Shown: positions 1 to 9,501 of the stretch, one piece after another | How positions within the stretch are numbered: the first letter of the stretch is position 1 | How the letters are laid out: every line of letters begins with the position of its first letter | Assembly (NCBI GenBank): GCA_963668695.2 | Contig: CAXXLQ010000004.1 | Coordinates: 3,392,001 to 3,456,000, forward strand | DNA: 64,000 bases | Origin: Vicinamibacteria bacterium | GTDB taxonomy: Bacteria > Acidobacteriota > Vicinamibacteria > Marinacidobacterales > Marinacidobacteraceae | Direction of reading: 5' to 3' | Position numbers and translations under genes: made by a program | Notes under the pieces: generated by a model | Told to the model about the DNA's origin: nothing | Database searches by the model: none | The model's input: the letters and a program-made list of their open reading frames with translations, nothing else

Positions 1-1029
1 CAGCTCTATGGGCCGCCGGGCGCCGCGCTCGGCGACCCGCACCACTGTTGAGGCCGAGACCCCGCCGGTGCGGGCGACCACCGTATAGACACCCGGAAGA
101 TCGGCCACGAACCGCCCGTCCTGCGTGATGAGGCCCGAGGAGGGACCACCCATGCCCATCGCGTCGGTGATCGCCGACACGCTGAACCCGACCGGGACGT
201 CTTCGAGCGTCCCGCCGGCCGCGTCGGTCATCGTCACCTTGAGGTGCGTCACGTCGCCGGTGCGGACGGCGCTCCGGTCCGGAGTGAGTTTCATGTCCGC
301 GACCGGATTCGGCGCCACTTCGAGTGCCATTTCGGCGGTAGCGGCGCCGGCGGTCGCGGTGACCGCCACCGGCCCCGCCGCCCCGAGCGCCAGCACCCCC
401 CGGGTGCGAGTCCGTTCGATGGTCGCCGGCCGGCCGACCGGCATGGCTACCGACTCATCGGAAGAGGCCCAGCTGACTTCGAGCCCTTCCACGAGCGTCC
501 CGGTGTCGTCGAGAGGCTCGGCGCGCACGGTCACCTCGGTGCCCGCGTAGAGCGGCCCCTCAGCGGTCACCGTGAGCGACGCCACCGGGCGCGGCAGGAT
601 GGTGAGCGGGATTCGCTGCTCGAGATAGCCATCGGCCTCCGAGTCCCGCGCCGACGGATCGGGACCGGAGCCCACCACCCGGACCATCACGGCGTAATCG
701 CCGGGACGCCGGGTCGAGACCTCGCCTTCTCGTGACACCTTGAAGATGTTGAACCCCCAGGTGCGCTTCTCCAGGTTCCAGAACTGGCCGTAGAGGGGCA
801 GATAGAGGAGTTCGGCCTCGATCTCGTTGCCCTCCGCATCGAGCACGGCGGCCTCGATCTGCGCCGTCTCGCCGGCGGTCAGGGTGATCTTCTCGGGCGA
901 AACGGTGAGCGAAGCAGGCTTCGGCCCGTTTTCCGATTCGGGTGGCGCCTGCGCGAGCGCACCCGCCGGAAGGAGGAGAACGGCGGCCAGCAGGACCGCC
1001 GAACGCTGAAAGGAAACCGGCAACTGCAT
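1..1029 (-). CDS. Secreted Ig-like (Big_2-type) domain surface protein, runs off the left edge
   Basis: Manual translation from ATG 1029 (TGATG overlap with the ggt stop): MQLPVSFQRSAVLLAAVLLLPAGALAQ signal peptide, then SLTVSPEKITLTAGETAQIEAAVLDAEG and VSWASSDESVA Ig-like motifs; open to position 1. Absent from the ORF track because it has no stop in the window. Confidence 0.75.
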   Translation of the reverse strand, partial: MQLPVSFQRSAVLLAAVLLLPAGALAQAPPESENGPKPASLTVSPEKITLTAGETAQIEAAVLDAEGNEIEAELLYLPLYGQFWNLEKRTWGFNIFKVSREGEVSTRRPGDYAVMVRVVGSGPDPSARDSEADGYLEQRIPLTILPRPVASLTVTAEGPLYAGTEVTVRAEPLDDTGTLVEGLEVSWASSDESVAMPVGRPATIERTRTRGVLALGAAGPVAVTATAGAATAEMALEVAPNPVADMKLTPDRSAVRTGDVTHLKVTMTDAAGGTLEDVPVGFSVSAITDAMGMGGPSSGLITQDGRFVADLPGVYTVVARTGGVSASTVVRVAERGARRPIEL

Positions 1030-2981
1030 CACCACGCCACTCCGTAGTCGTCGCCGTGCTGGCTTGAGCCGCCCCAGAAGGTGCCGTGCTCGCGGTCGAA
1101 CCAGATGGCGTTGATTGGCCCCGAGGTTCGCGGCGCGAAGCGCAGCGAGTAACCCATTCCGATCAGCTCGTTGCGGATCCACTCGGGGACCTGTTGGTTC
1201 AGCAACAAGGAGCCGGGCTCCGACTCATGGGCGCCGAAGGAACTCCTGAGCTGGTAGCTGTTGAAATTCGCGGCCTCGGCGGCTTCCTGCACGTTCATGC
1301 CGAATTCGACGACGTTCAGGAAGAATTGCAGGAGGTTCTGATCCTGGCTGTCTCCGCCCTGGACCGCGAAGGAAAGGAACGGCGCCCCGTCCTTGACGGC
1401 GAGGCTCGGCGTCAGGGTGGCGCGTGGCCGCTTCCCGGGTTCGAGAACGTTGTAGGGGTTCATGGCCGGGTCGAGGACGAAGCTCTGCATCCGCTGGCTG
1501 AGACCGATCCCGGTTTCGCCCGCCAGTACCGCCGGCAGCCAACCGCCGCTCGGGGTCACGGATACCACCCAGCCGGCAGCGTCTGCGGCCTGAATGGAGG
1601 TGGTGCCGGCCAGGAACCCGTCAAGGAACTCCTGGCGCTCCTCTTCGGTGGTCGGGGTCCCCGACGTCCCTGAAAAGCGGTCGAGGTACTCCAGGAACGG
1701 GTTCTCGCCGCCCTGGAAGGGGTATGGATCCCCGGGACCGATCGTGGGATCGTTCCGGTCGCTCCGAATCAACTCCCCGCGGTGCCGGGCGTATTCCTTG
1801 GAGAGCAATCCCTGGATCGGCTCCTCGGGCGGGAAGTAGGGATCGCCGTAGTAGAAGTCGCGATCGGCGAAGGCGAGGCTGATCGCCTGGTAGAGAGTGT
1901 GGATGTAGCGGGAGCTGTTGTAGCCCATCCCCTTGAGATCCAAGGGTTCCACGATGTTGAGCGTCTGGAGCAGCACCGGGCTCTGCACCCAGTGGGTCAG
2001 CTTGTACACCTCGATCCCCTTGTAGTTCGTGGACACCGGCTCCTCGATATGGACCTTCCAGTTGGCGAGGTCCTCGGTGGTGATGAGGCCTCCCTGCTCC
2101 TGAACGCCGCGGGCGAACTCCTCGGCGATGTCTCCCTTGTAGAAGCGGTCATAGGCGGCGTAAATCGCCTCCTCTCGGCTCTTGCCGGCGGCGAGCGCTT
2201 CCGCTTCGGCGTCCACCAGCTTCCGAAGGGTGGCGGCCAGTTCCGGTTGACGGAAATTCTCGCCCGGGGCGGGACCGCCGGCGCTGAACTCGCGATAGTT
2301 CGGGTCGTCGCGGTCCCAGTAGTTGCCGCGCTCCTCCGCGAGGTCTCCCGTGGCGCCGCTGCCGGTGGCATCGCCCCGGTGCGGCAGCAGGGTGCGGGCC
2401 GAGTACGGCCACTCCGCGATCCGGTCGGCTCCCCGCTGAATCGCGCGCGCGGCGGACGCCTCGATGGGATAGCCATCCGCCATCTCGATCGCCGGCGCGA
2501 GCACCTGGGCGAGCGACATGGTTCCGTACTCGGCGAGCATCGTCATGAGGCCGCCGGGAGTTCCCGGAGTCACCGCGGCGAGCGGACCGAGCGAAGGCGG
2601 GTACTCCATCCCCTGCCCACGGAAGAACTCCGGCGTCGCGCCCGTCGGCGCCACTCCGAGGGCGTTGATCCCGATGACCTTCTTCTGTTCGGGATGCCAG
2701 ATCAGCGCCTGGGTCTCGCCGCCCCAGCTCAGGGCGTCGAACATCGTCGCGGTGGCGCCCAGCATGGCGCAGGCGGCGTCCACCGCGTTTCCGCCCTGGC
2801 CGAAGATCATGGCCCCGGCGGTGGCGCCGAGCGGCTTGCCGGTGATCGCCATCCAGTGTTTTCCGTGGAGAACGGGCTTTTGGGGCTGGGCGACGGCGGT
2901 GGTGGCAACGAGGGCCGCCGACAGGAACAGCGAAACGGGCAACGCCCGGACAGGAAAGGAAGTGCGCTTCATGGGACGCAT
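1029..2981 (-). CDS. ggt: Gamma-glutamyltransferase family protein, secreted
   Basis: GGNAVDAACA, GGETQALI, TPGTPGGL, autocleavage GTTSIQAAD, PGKRPRATLTP motifs; signal peptide. Start 2981 or 2972. Confidence 0.92.
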   Translation of the reverse strand: MRPMKRTSFPVRALPVSLFLSAALVATTAVAQPQKPVLHGKHWMAITGKPLGATAGAMIFGQGGNAVDAACAMLGATATMFDALSWGGETQALIWHPEQKKVIGINALGVAPTGATPEFFRGQGMEYPPSLGPLAAVTPGTPGGLMTMLAEYGTMSLAQVLAPAIEMADGYPIEASAARAIQRGADRIAEWPYSARTLLPHRGDATGSGATGDLAEERGNYWDRDDPNYREFSAGGPAPGENFRQPELAATLRKLVDAEAEALAAGKSREEAIYAAYDRFYKGDIAEEFARGVQEQGGLITTEDLANWKVHIEEPVSTNYKGIEVYKLTHWVQSPVLLQTLNIVEPLDLKGMGYNSSRYIHTLYQAISLAFADRDFYYGDPYFPPEEPIQGLLSKEYARHRGELIRSDRNDPTIGPGDPYPFQGGENPFLEYLDRFSGTSGTPTTEEERQEFLDGFLAGTTSIQAADAAGWVVSVTPSGGWLPAVLAGETGIGLSQRMQSFVLDPAMNPYNVLEPGKRPRATLTPSLAVKDGAPFLSFAVQGGDSQDQNLLQFFLNVVEFGMNVQEAAEAANFNSYQLRSSFGAHESEPGSLLLNQQVPEWIRNELIGMGYSLRFAPRTSGPINAIWFDREHGTFWGGSSQHGDDYGVAW

Positions 2982-3149
2982 TGTGCGGCTCCCGGTCCGG
3001 CGAGGCAACGGTGATCGGGCCGCAGACCGTGCGCCTTGTGCGATCGACGGGCTCCCCGTCGCGTGTCAGTGAGTGTTTTTTCGGGGCGAAAGGGCAGACT
3101 GGCCGCCAGGGGCGGACGCGTCGTGGGACGATTGTCAATTACGGCCGTC

Positions 3150-4025
3150 ATGCACAGCGGACAAAGAAAGCGGGCCTCGACGGCAGACCTCGCCGCCGCC
3201 GCCCGCGCCCGGCATCAGCGGGACCGGGTGCGGCTGGTGGACGATCCCTATGCCTTGTCCCTCACCAGCCCTTCGCTGCAGCGGGTCCTTCGCTTTCGGC
3301 CGGCCGCCTGGTTCATGGCGAACTGGGCGCTGCGGGGCCTGAAACCCGTCATCCTCGGATTGTTCATCCGGGCCCGCTACGCGGAACAGGCGGTAGAGGC
3401 GGCCTTCCGGGAAGGCATCCGCCAGTACGTGATCGTCGGCGCCGGACTGGATTCTTTCGCGCTGCGCCGGACCGACCTCGTCCCGCCGCTCCGGGTGTTC
3501 GAGACCGACCGCCCCCATATGCAGGAGGTGAAATTGGAACGCCTCCGGAGCGCCGGGATTCCCCTGCCCTCGGGACTCCACTTCGTCCCGGCCGATCTGG
3601 AACGGGTTTCGGTGATGGATGCCCTGGCGGACTCATCATTCGATCGAGAGAGCCCGGTGATCCTGTCCTTCCTCGGGGTGACCTACTACCTGACTCCGGA
3701 AACGCTCGCGGAGTCCGCCCGGTCCATCGCCGCCGGCGTCGTCCCCGGCTCGCGCCTCGTCCTCGACTACATGCTCGACGAAGCGTCGGCCTGGCCCGAG
3801 CACCGCAGGATGCGGGACCAGCTTGAGGACTACGTGGCCAAACGCGGGGAGCCCATGAAGAGCGAATACAGCGTTGCGGCGATGAGCGAACTGCTGGCGG
3901 ACGCGGGCTTTCGCACTATGGAGGGCGTCACCATGATGGAATTGGCGGAGCGCTACGCCGGGGAACTCGGCCCCCTGCCGTTTGAGACGCCGGGGCTCTT
4001 CGCCTGCGGGCTGTTCGAGAAGTAG
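3150..4025 (+). CDS. Class I SAM-dependent methyltransferase (leucine carboxyl methyltransferase/YktD-like)
   Basis: TADLAAAARA, DDPYA, QYVIVGAGLDSFALR, VFETDRP, LGVTYYL motifs. Confidence 0.88.
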   Translation: MHSGQRKRASTADLAAAARARHQRDRVRLVDDPYALSLTSPSLQRVLRFRPAAWFMANWALRGLKPVILGLFIRARYAEQAVEAAFREGIRQYVIVGAGLDSFALRRTDLVPPLRVFETDRPHMQEVKLERLRSAGIPLPSGLHFVPADLERVSVMDALADSSFDRESPVILSFLGVTYYLTPETLAESARSIAAGVVPGSRLVLDYMLDEASAWPEHRRMRDQLEDYVAKRGEPMKSEYSVAAMSELLADAGFRTMEGVTMMELAERYAGELGPLPFETPGLFACGLFEK

Positions 4026-4029
4026 CCGC

Positions 4030-4134
4030 AGGCCGCGCTCGTTCTCGATCAGCAGTGCGAGTTTCGCTGCGCTGGCGCGCAGCGGTGCCGGTTTGAGGGC
4101 CCCCACCGGGAGAACTGGCGGAGGTCGGCGTCCC
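4030..4134. repeat. REP-like palindromic element carrying one 18-nt micro-insert (4101-4118)
   Basis: Minus strand reads GGGACGCCGACCTCCG[18-mer]GCCCTCAAACCGGCAC-hairpin-CGCACTGCTG, matching elements at 33932 and 45612. Confidence 0.6.
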
Positions 4135-4206
4135 GATGCGTTCCGTTCTTGCCGCGGGTCGGCGGAGTGAGTTCCGCCCGCTCCGCGGGCGGCGGCGCTC
4201 CTTCCC

Positions 4207-6249
4207 CTAGTTCTGGGGTTCGTCCGTGGTCATTTCGTCGGTGATCGCGAAGCGCTCGAACCAGTTGCGGAGGAGGAGCTGCACCCGCAGGAAGTTCGTC
4301 GGGGGGAGGCTGCGGCTGTGCCAGCCGTCGGTCAGCCGCACCATCGCCGTCGGAATCTTCCTCATCTTGAGCGCCCGGTAGTACTGCTCGGTCTGCTCCA
4401 TCGGGGTGCGGAGGTCCTTCTCTCCGGTCATGAGCATCGTCGGGGTGGTGACGTTGCCGACGTACATGAGCGTCGAGCGCCGGAGGTGTTCCTCGGGGTC
4501 GTCCCACGGCATTTTCTCGAAGTTCCGGTACCAGCTCGCCCCGTCGGTCGTCCCCACGAAGCTCAGCCAGTTGGTCACCGGGGCCTTCGAAACCGCCGCC
4601 GTGAAGCGGTCTGTATTACCGACAATCCAGGAGGTCAGCACGCCCCCGCCGCTGCCGCCGTACACGAACAGGTTGCGGTCATCGATATAGCCGCGGGAGA
4701 TGATTTCGTCCACCCCCGCCATCAGGTCGTCGAGATCCTTCCCCGGATAGGCGTTCTTGATCTCGTTGCCGAACGAACTGCCGTAGCCGCTGCTGCCGCG
4801 CGGGTTCGTGTAGAGCACCACGTAACCGTTCGCCGCGTGGTCCTGGTTCTTGAAGTCGAACCCGCTGTGGTACATCGAGTGCGGTCCGCCGTGGATCCGG
4901 AGGATCAGCGGGTACTTGCGCGACGGATCGAAGTCGGGCGGCTTCACGATCCAGCCGTGGATATCGAGGTCGTCCGGGGACTTGTACCAGAGCTCCTCGA
5001 CCTCCCCGAGGCGCACCTCGGCGAGCACGGAAGCGTTCGTGACGTGGAGGGTCGTCAGCTCCTCGGGCGAATCCACCGCGAAGGCCACCAGGTTCCCGGG
5101 GGTGTGGTACGAGCTCACCACCCCCACCGCGGTCCCGTCTTCGCTCACGGTGGAAACCGACAGCATGTGATTCCCGGAGCTGACCGGCCGGACCTCGCCC
5201 TCGACCGGGGCGAAGTAGAGGTTGTTGGTGCCGCGGAGCTGGCCGCCGAAATAGACGCCGCTGCCGTCGGCGGACCAGCCCACGATCCCGGGCCGGCGGC
5301 CCATCTCGGTGGCGATGATCCGCGGGTTGCTCCCGTCGCTCTCCATGACGTAGAGGCCTTCCTCCCGGTAGGTGTCCGTCGTGTGGTCCATCCCGGTGTA
5401 GGCGATCAGGCTGCCATCCGGAGAGGGGACGGGTCCCGAGTCCGGACCGCTGCGGCTCGTGAGGGCCGTGATCCGGCCGGTCGCCACCTCGACCCGGTAG
5501 ATCTCGGATTCGCGCCAGGCGTGTTCCGCGTCCGCCGTTCTCAGCGAGGTGAAGACGATGTCGGCTCCGTCCCCCACGAAGCGGGGGCCGTCGTGGTGGA
5601 AGTCGCCGCTCGTCAACTGGCGCGGCGTTCCACCGTCCGCACTCACCACGAAGATGTGCCGGAAACCGGCCGGGAAATAGCCCTGCCCGTCGCGCCGGTA
5701 GTTGAGGCGGGTGACGATCCGCGGGGGCTTTGTCCATTCGGCGCCTTCGGGCGCCTTCGGCATGTCGATCGCCCAGTCGGGATCGGGCCCCGGATCCACC
5801 ACCGCCCGGAAGGCGATGGATCCGCTGTCCGGCGCCCAGACGAGCTGCGAGGGCGGGCGGTCAAGCCGGGTCACCTGGCTCTCCGCGCCCTCGGCGTCCA
5901 TCCAGCGCACGAAGATCTGGCCGTCGCGGAGGAAGGCGATCCGGGTGCCGTCCGGCGACCAGCGCGGGCTGCCCCCCTCGGTGAGGAACCGGTTTCTCGA
6001 GCCGTCGGCGCCGATCTGCCAGAGCTCGGTCTTCCAGCGATCCTTCATCGCGTCCACGAAGCGCCGCTCGTACACCACGCTCTCCCCGTCCGGGGAGATC
6101 TGCGGGCTCTGGACCGCCTCCCAGGAGAGGTAGTCGGCGAGCTCGAGCGGCCGCATTCCGTCTTGCGCCGCGGCGCCGGCCGCGAAGAGGAGCAGGACCG
6201 CCGCGAGCATCCCGCCAACACGCCAGGTCTTCATTCCGTGGATCCGCAT
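4207..6249 (-). CDS. S9 family prolyl oligopeptidase (dipeptidyl aminopeptidase/acylaminoacyl peptidase)
   Basis: Signal peptide, PD40 propeller repeats (SPDG), IHGGPH, catalytic GGSGGG, TGEKDLRTP Asp and C-terminal His. Confidence 0.93.
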   Translation of the reverse strand: MRIHGMKTWRVGGMLAAVLLLFAAGAAAQDGMRPLELADYLSWEAVQSPQISPDGESVVYERRFVDAMKDRWKTELWQIGADGSRNRFLTEGGSPRWSPDGTRIAFLRDGQIFVRWMDAEGAESQVTRLDRPPSQLVWAPDSGSIAFRAVVDPGPDPDWAIDMPKAPEGAEWTKPPRIVTRLNYRRDGQGYFPAGFRHIFVVSADGGTPRQLTSGDFHHDGPRFVGDGADIVFTSLRTADAEHAWRESEIYRVEVATGRITALTSRSGPDSGPVPSPDGSLIAYTGMDHTTDTYREEGLYVMESDGSNPRIIATEMGRRPGIVGWSADGSGVYFGGQLRGTNNLYFAPVEGEVRPVSSGNHMLSVSTVSEDGTAVGVVSSYHTPGNLVAFAVDSPEELTTLHVTNASVLAEVRLGEVEELWYKSPDDLDIHGWIVKPPDFDPSRKYPLILRIHGGPHSMYHSGFDFKNQDHAANGYVVLYTNPRGSSGYGSSFGNEIKNAYPGKDLDDLMAGVDEIISRGYIDDRNLFVYGGSGGGVLTSWIVGNTDRFTAAVSKAPVTNWLSFVGTTDGASWYRNFEKMPWDDPEEHLRRSTLMYVGNVTTPTMLMTGEKDLRTPMEQTEQYYRALKMRKIPTAMVRLTDGWHSRSLPPTNFLRVQLLLRNWFERFAITDEMTTDEPQN

Positions 6250-6456
6250 TCGGGCACCTCCGTTGGAGCGACGCCGCACCGTAGGGCGCCACCGGGCGAG
6301 TTTACGGGACACGGCCGTTGGATGTCGGGACACCATTGGCCCACGGAAGCCGGCTTTCGAAATCCCGGTGGTTAGTATCGAAGGCGTGCGGCGATGCGGG
6401 GAGTCGTATCTCCAAGCCGGAGTTCGTCCCTGGGGATCGCTGGAGAGGAGACCAAA

Positions 6457-7572
6457 GTGAACCAGAAAACCGCGACAGGTTCTATCTCAAGAGTACGCAT
6501 TGCGTTGCTGCCGGCGCTGGTTTTCGCCCTCGCCGCGGGGTTCGGCTGCTCGCGACCGGCGGTCGAGACGGCGGCGGAGGCCGTCTATCCGGGCGCGTCG
6601 TGGGACCGGATCGCGGATCCCGCCTCCACAGGATTTTCGGCCGAGGCGCTGGACGCGATCCACCCGTACGTGGACGGGATCAACACCTCCGCCGTGATGG
6701 TCGTGGTCGGGGGGCGCGTCCTCTTCGAGCACGGGCCCGTGGATTCGCTCAGCTATCTCGCCTCGGTCCGGAAGAGCATCCTCGCCATGCTTTACGGCCA
6801 CTACGTGGAGGACGGGACGATAGATCTCGAACTCACGCTCGAGGATCTGGGCATGGACGATGTCCAGGGCCTCCTCCCGATCGAGAAACGGGCGCGGGTG
6901 TTGGATCTCGTCACCGCGCGCTCCGGGGTCTATCACCCGGCCTCGAACGCGGGGGACAACCTCGCGGACGCCCCGCCCCGCGGCTCGCAGGAGCCCGGCA
7001 CGTACTACCTGTACAGCAACTGGGACTTCAACGCGGCGGGTGCGGTCTTCGAACAACTTACGGGGCGCAACATCTACGACGCGCTCGAAACCGACCTCGC
7101 GCTCCCCCTCGGATTCGAGGACTGGCACCGGTGGATCCACCGCAAGTCGGGAGACGCGACGCGATCGCACAACCTCGCCTACCACATGACGCTCTCGACC
7201 CGCGACATGGCCCGGATCGGATACCTGATGCTTCGGGGCGGCATTTGGAGGGAGGAGCGTGTGCTTCCGCAGGGATGGGCCGAGCGGATTTCGAGCGTGG
7301 TCACGCCGTCGGAGGAGATGAATCCGGAGAGCCGGCGTGGAGGCGAGTTCGGCTACGGCTACATGTGGTGGGTGTGGGACGGCCCGGCGGTGCCGGAGGG
7401 GTTCGCGGGCGCCTACACCGGACGCGGAGCCTACGGCCAGTTCATCACGGTCATCCCGTCGCTCAACATGGTCGTCGCCCACAAGACGGTGCCGGACGTC
7501 CGCACGTCGTGGGACGACTACATGGGGATCCTCGCCCGCCTCGTCGCCGCCCACTGCGGCGCCGACTGCTGA
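6457..7572 (+). CDS. Serine hydrolase, beta-lactamase class C/NylB-like, probable lipoprotein
   Basis: SVRK (SxxK), YSN, TRDMARIG, YGYMWW, GAYGQ; GTG 6457 follows a GGAGAGGAG RBS; lipobox-like GFGC. Confidence 0.88.
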   Translation: MNQKTATGSISRVRIALLPALVFALAAGFGCSRPAVETAAEAVYPGASWDRIADPASTGFSAEALDAIHPYVDGINTSAVMVVVGGRVLFEHGPVDSLSYLASVRKSILAMLYGHYVEDGTIDLELTLEDLGMDDVQGLLPIEKRARVLDLVTARSGVYHPASNAGDNLADAPPRGSQEPGTYYLYSNWDFNAAGAVFEQLTGRNIYDALETDLALPLGFEDWHRWIHRKSGDATRSHNLAYHMTLSTRDMARIGYLMLRGGIWREERVLPQGWAERISSVVTPSEEMNPESRRGGEFGYGYMWWVWDGPAVPEGFAGAYTGRGAYGQFITVIPSLNMVVAHKTVPDVRTSWDDYMGILARLVAAHCGADC

Positions 7573-7659
7573 CGGTTTTGGCGTAAACAGATCCGAAGGA
7601 GGCCGGAACAGCGAGTGAAGGGACTCCAATAGGTTGACTCAGAGGAGACTCCAGGGCAT

Positions 7660-8084
7660 GTGCTGGATGGGGACAACGTCCGCCACGGACTGAACCGGGA
7701 CCTGGGTTTCACCGAGGCCGACCGCGTGGAAAACATCCGGAGGGTCGCCGAGGTGGCCCGGCTCATGGTGGACGCCGGCCTGATCGTGATCGTCGCTTTC
7801 ATCAGTCCTTTCCGCTCGGAACGAGAGCAGGCCCGAGCCCTGTTCGGACCGGGTGAATTCCGGGAGATCTCGTAGACGCGCCGCTCGCCATCTGTGAAGA
7901 GCGGGATCCAAAGGGCCTCTACGCCCGCGCGAGGAAGGGCGAGGTGAAGAACTTCACCGGGACCAGCAGCCCCTACGAACCCTACGAACCCTACGAACCC
8001 CCCGAACGCCCGGACCTCCGGCTGGATACCAGCACCGAATCACCGGAGCGCTGCGTGGAACGGGTTCTGGAGTCGCTCGGGTAG
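7660..8084 (+). pseudogene. cysC: Adenylyl-sulfate kinase remnant (5' truncated, frameshifted)
   Basis: [27 protein letters not shown], 1-nt deletion near 7870, then [30 protein letters not shown]; no N-terminal P-loop; 9-bp CCCTACGAA x3 at 7971-7997. Confidence 0.85.
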
Positions 8085-8101
8085 GTCGGAAGCGCCGTAA
8101 G

Positions 8102-9394
8102 TCAGGTCACCGGGTTTCGGCGCTGGAAGCGGGGACCTTGGTACTCCTCCCCTGCCAACACCCCCCGAAGCGCTTCGACGGCGTCCCAAACGTCCCGGTA
8201 ACGAACGTAGAGCGGCGCAAACCCGAAACGAAGCAGGTCGGGTTCCCGGAAGTCGCCTACCACCCCCCGCGCGATCAGCGCCTGCATGACCGGGTAGGCA
8301 TCCGGATGGCGGAGCGAAACCTGACTCCCCCGCTCCCGGGCGTCCCGGGGGCTCACCGATGTGACCCCGAACTCCCCGAGCCGTTCGTCGGCCAGGCGGA
8401 GGAAGAGGTCCCCGAGCGCCTCACTTTTGCGGCGCAACGCGTCCATGTCCACGCCTTCGAAGGTGCGGAGCCCCTCGTCGAGTGCGGTCATCGAGAGGAT
8501 CCCCGGAGTTCCGGTCACAAAGCGGCGCATCCCGGACGCCGGCCGGTAGCGTGTTTCGAACGCGAACGGGCTCCGGTGTCCCATCCAGCCGCAGAGCGGT
8601 GTGTCGAGCGTCTGCTGGAACTCACGGGCCACATAGAGGAACCCGGGGGCTCCGGGGCCGCCGTTCAGGTACTTGTACCCGCAGCCCACCGCGAACTCGA
8701 CGCGGTCCTCGTTCAGCCGAAGGGGGAAGGCTCCCACGCTGTGGCTGAGATCCCAGACCAGCGGGACACCCGCCGCGCGGCCGGCCTCGGTGAGCGCGCG
8801 CAGGTCGCGCTTCCGGCCGGTCCGAAAGTCCACCTGGGTCAGGGTCGCGACCGCCACCTCCGGTCCCATGGCCGCCTCGAAGTCATCCGGCGGGACGAGT
8901 TGGAGGCGCGCCCCGCTGTCGCCGAGCAGGTTCGTGAGCCCCTCCGCGATGTAGAGGTCCGTGGGGAAGTTGCTCTCTTCGGCCAGCACCACCTGGCGCG
9001 AACCCGGCCGGCGCAGCAAGGCTGCGAGCAGCTTGAAGAGGTTCAGGGAAACCGAATCGGCGGCGATCACCTCGTCCTCCCCGGCGCCGAGCAGGGGAGC
9101 GATCCGGGCTCCCACCCGCTCGGGCAGACGGAACCAGCCGTGGCGGTTCCAGGAAGCGATCAGGTCCTCTCCCCACTCGCCGGCGATCACCCCCCCAACC
9201 CGGTCGGGAATGGACCTCGAGGGGGGCCCGAGCGAGTTCCCATCCAGGTAGACAACGCCGTCCGGCAGCAGGAACCGCTCGCGAAACCCGGCCAGCGGGT
9301 CGCTTCGGTCCCGTTCCAGCAGATCGTCCCCGGTGAGCGGCCGCGAACCGTCCCCAACGTCGCCGATCACCTCGCCGGTCACCTCGTCGATCAT
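8102..9394 (-). CDS. kynU: Kynureninase
   Basis: YLDGNSLG, WDLSHSVG, GCGYKYLNGGPG (PLP Lys), RGSQVS, GDFREPD. Confidence 0.95.
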   Translation of the reverse strand: MIDEVTGEVIGDVGDGSRPLTGDDLLERDRSDPLAGFRERFLLPDGVVYLDGNSLGPPSRSIPDRVGGVIAGEWGEDLIASWNRHGWFRLPERVGARIAPLLGAGEDEVIAADSVSLNLFKLLAALLRRPGSRQVVLAEESNFPTDLYIAEGLTNLLGDSGARLQLVPPDDFEAAMGPEVAVATLTQVDFRTGRKRDLRALTEAGRAAGVPLVWDLSHSVGAFPLRLNEDRVEFAVGCGYKYLNGGPGAPGFLYVAREFQQTLDTPLCGWMGHRSPFAFETRYRPASGMRRFVTGTPGILSMTALDEGLRTFEGVDMDALRRKSEALGDLFLRLADERLGEFGVTSVSPRDARERGSQVSLRHPDAYPVMQALIARGVVGDFREPDLLRFGFAPLYVRYRDVWDAVEALRGVLAGEEYQGPRFQRRNPVT

Positions 9395-9501
9395 CGGGCG
9401 CCGTCTCCGGCGGGGCAGCCCGGGGCTATAAAACAGGCGCAAGACTCCCGGTTCCGGTCCATCAAGGGATTATTCCGCGAGAACGGCCATCCCGCACTAC
9501 A

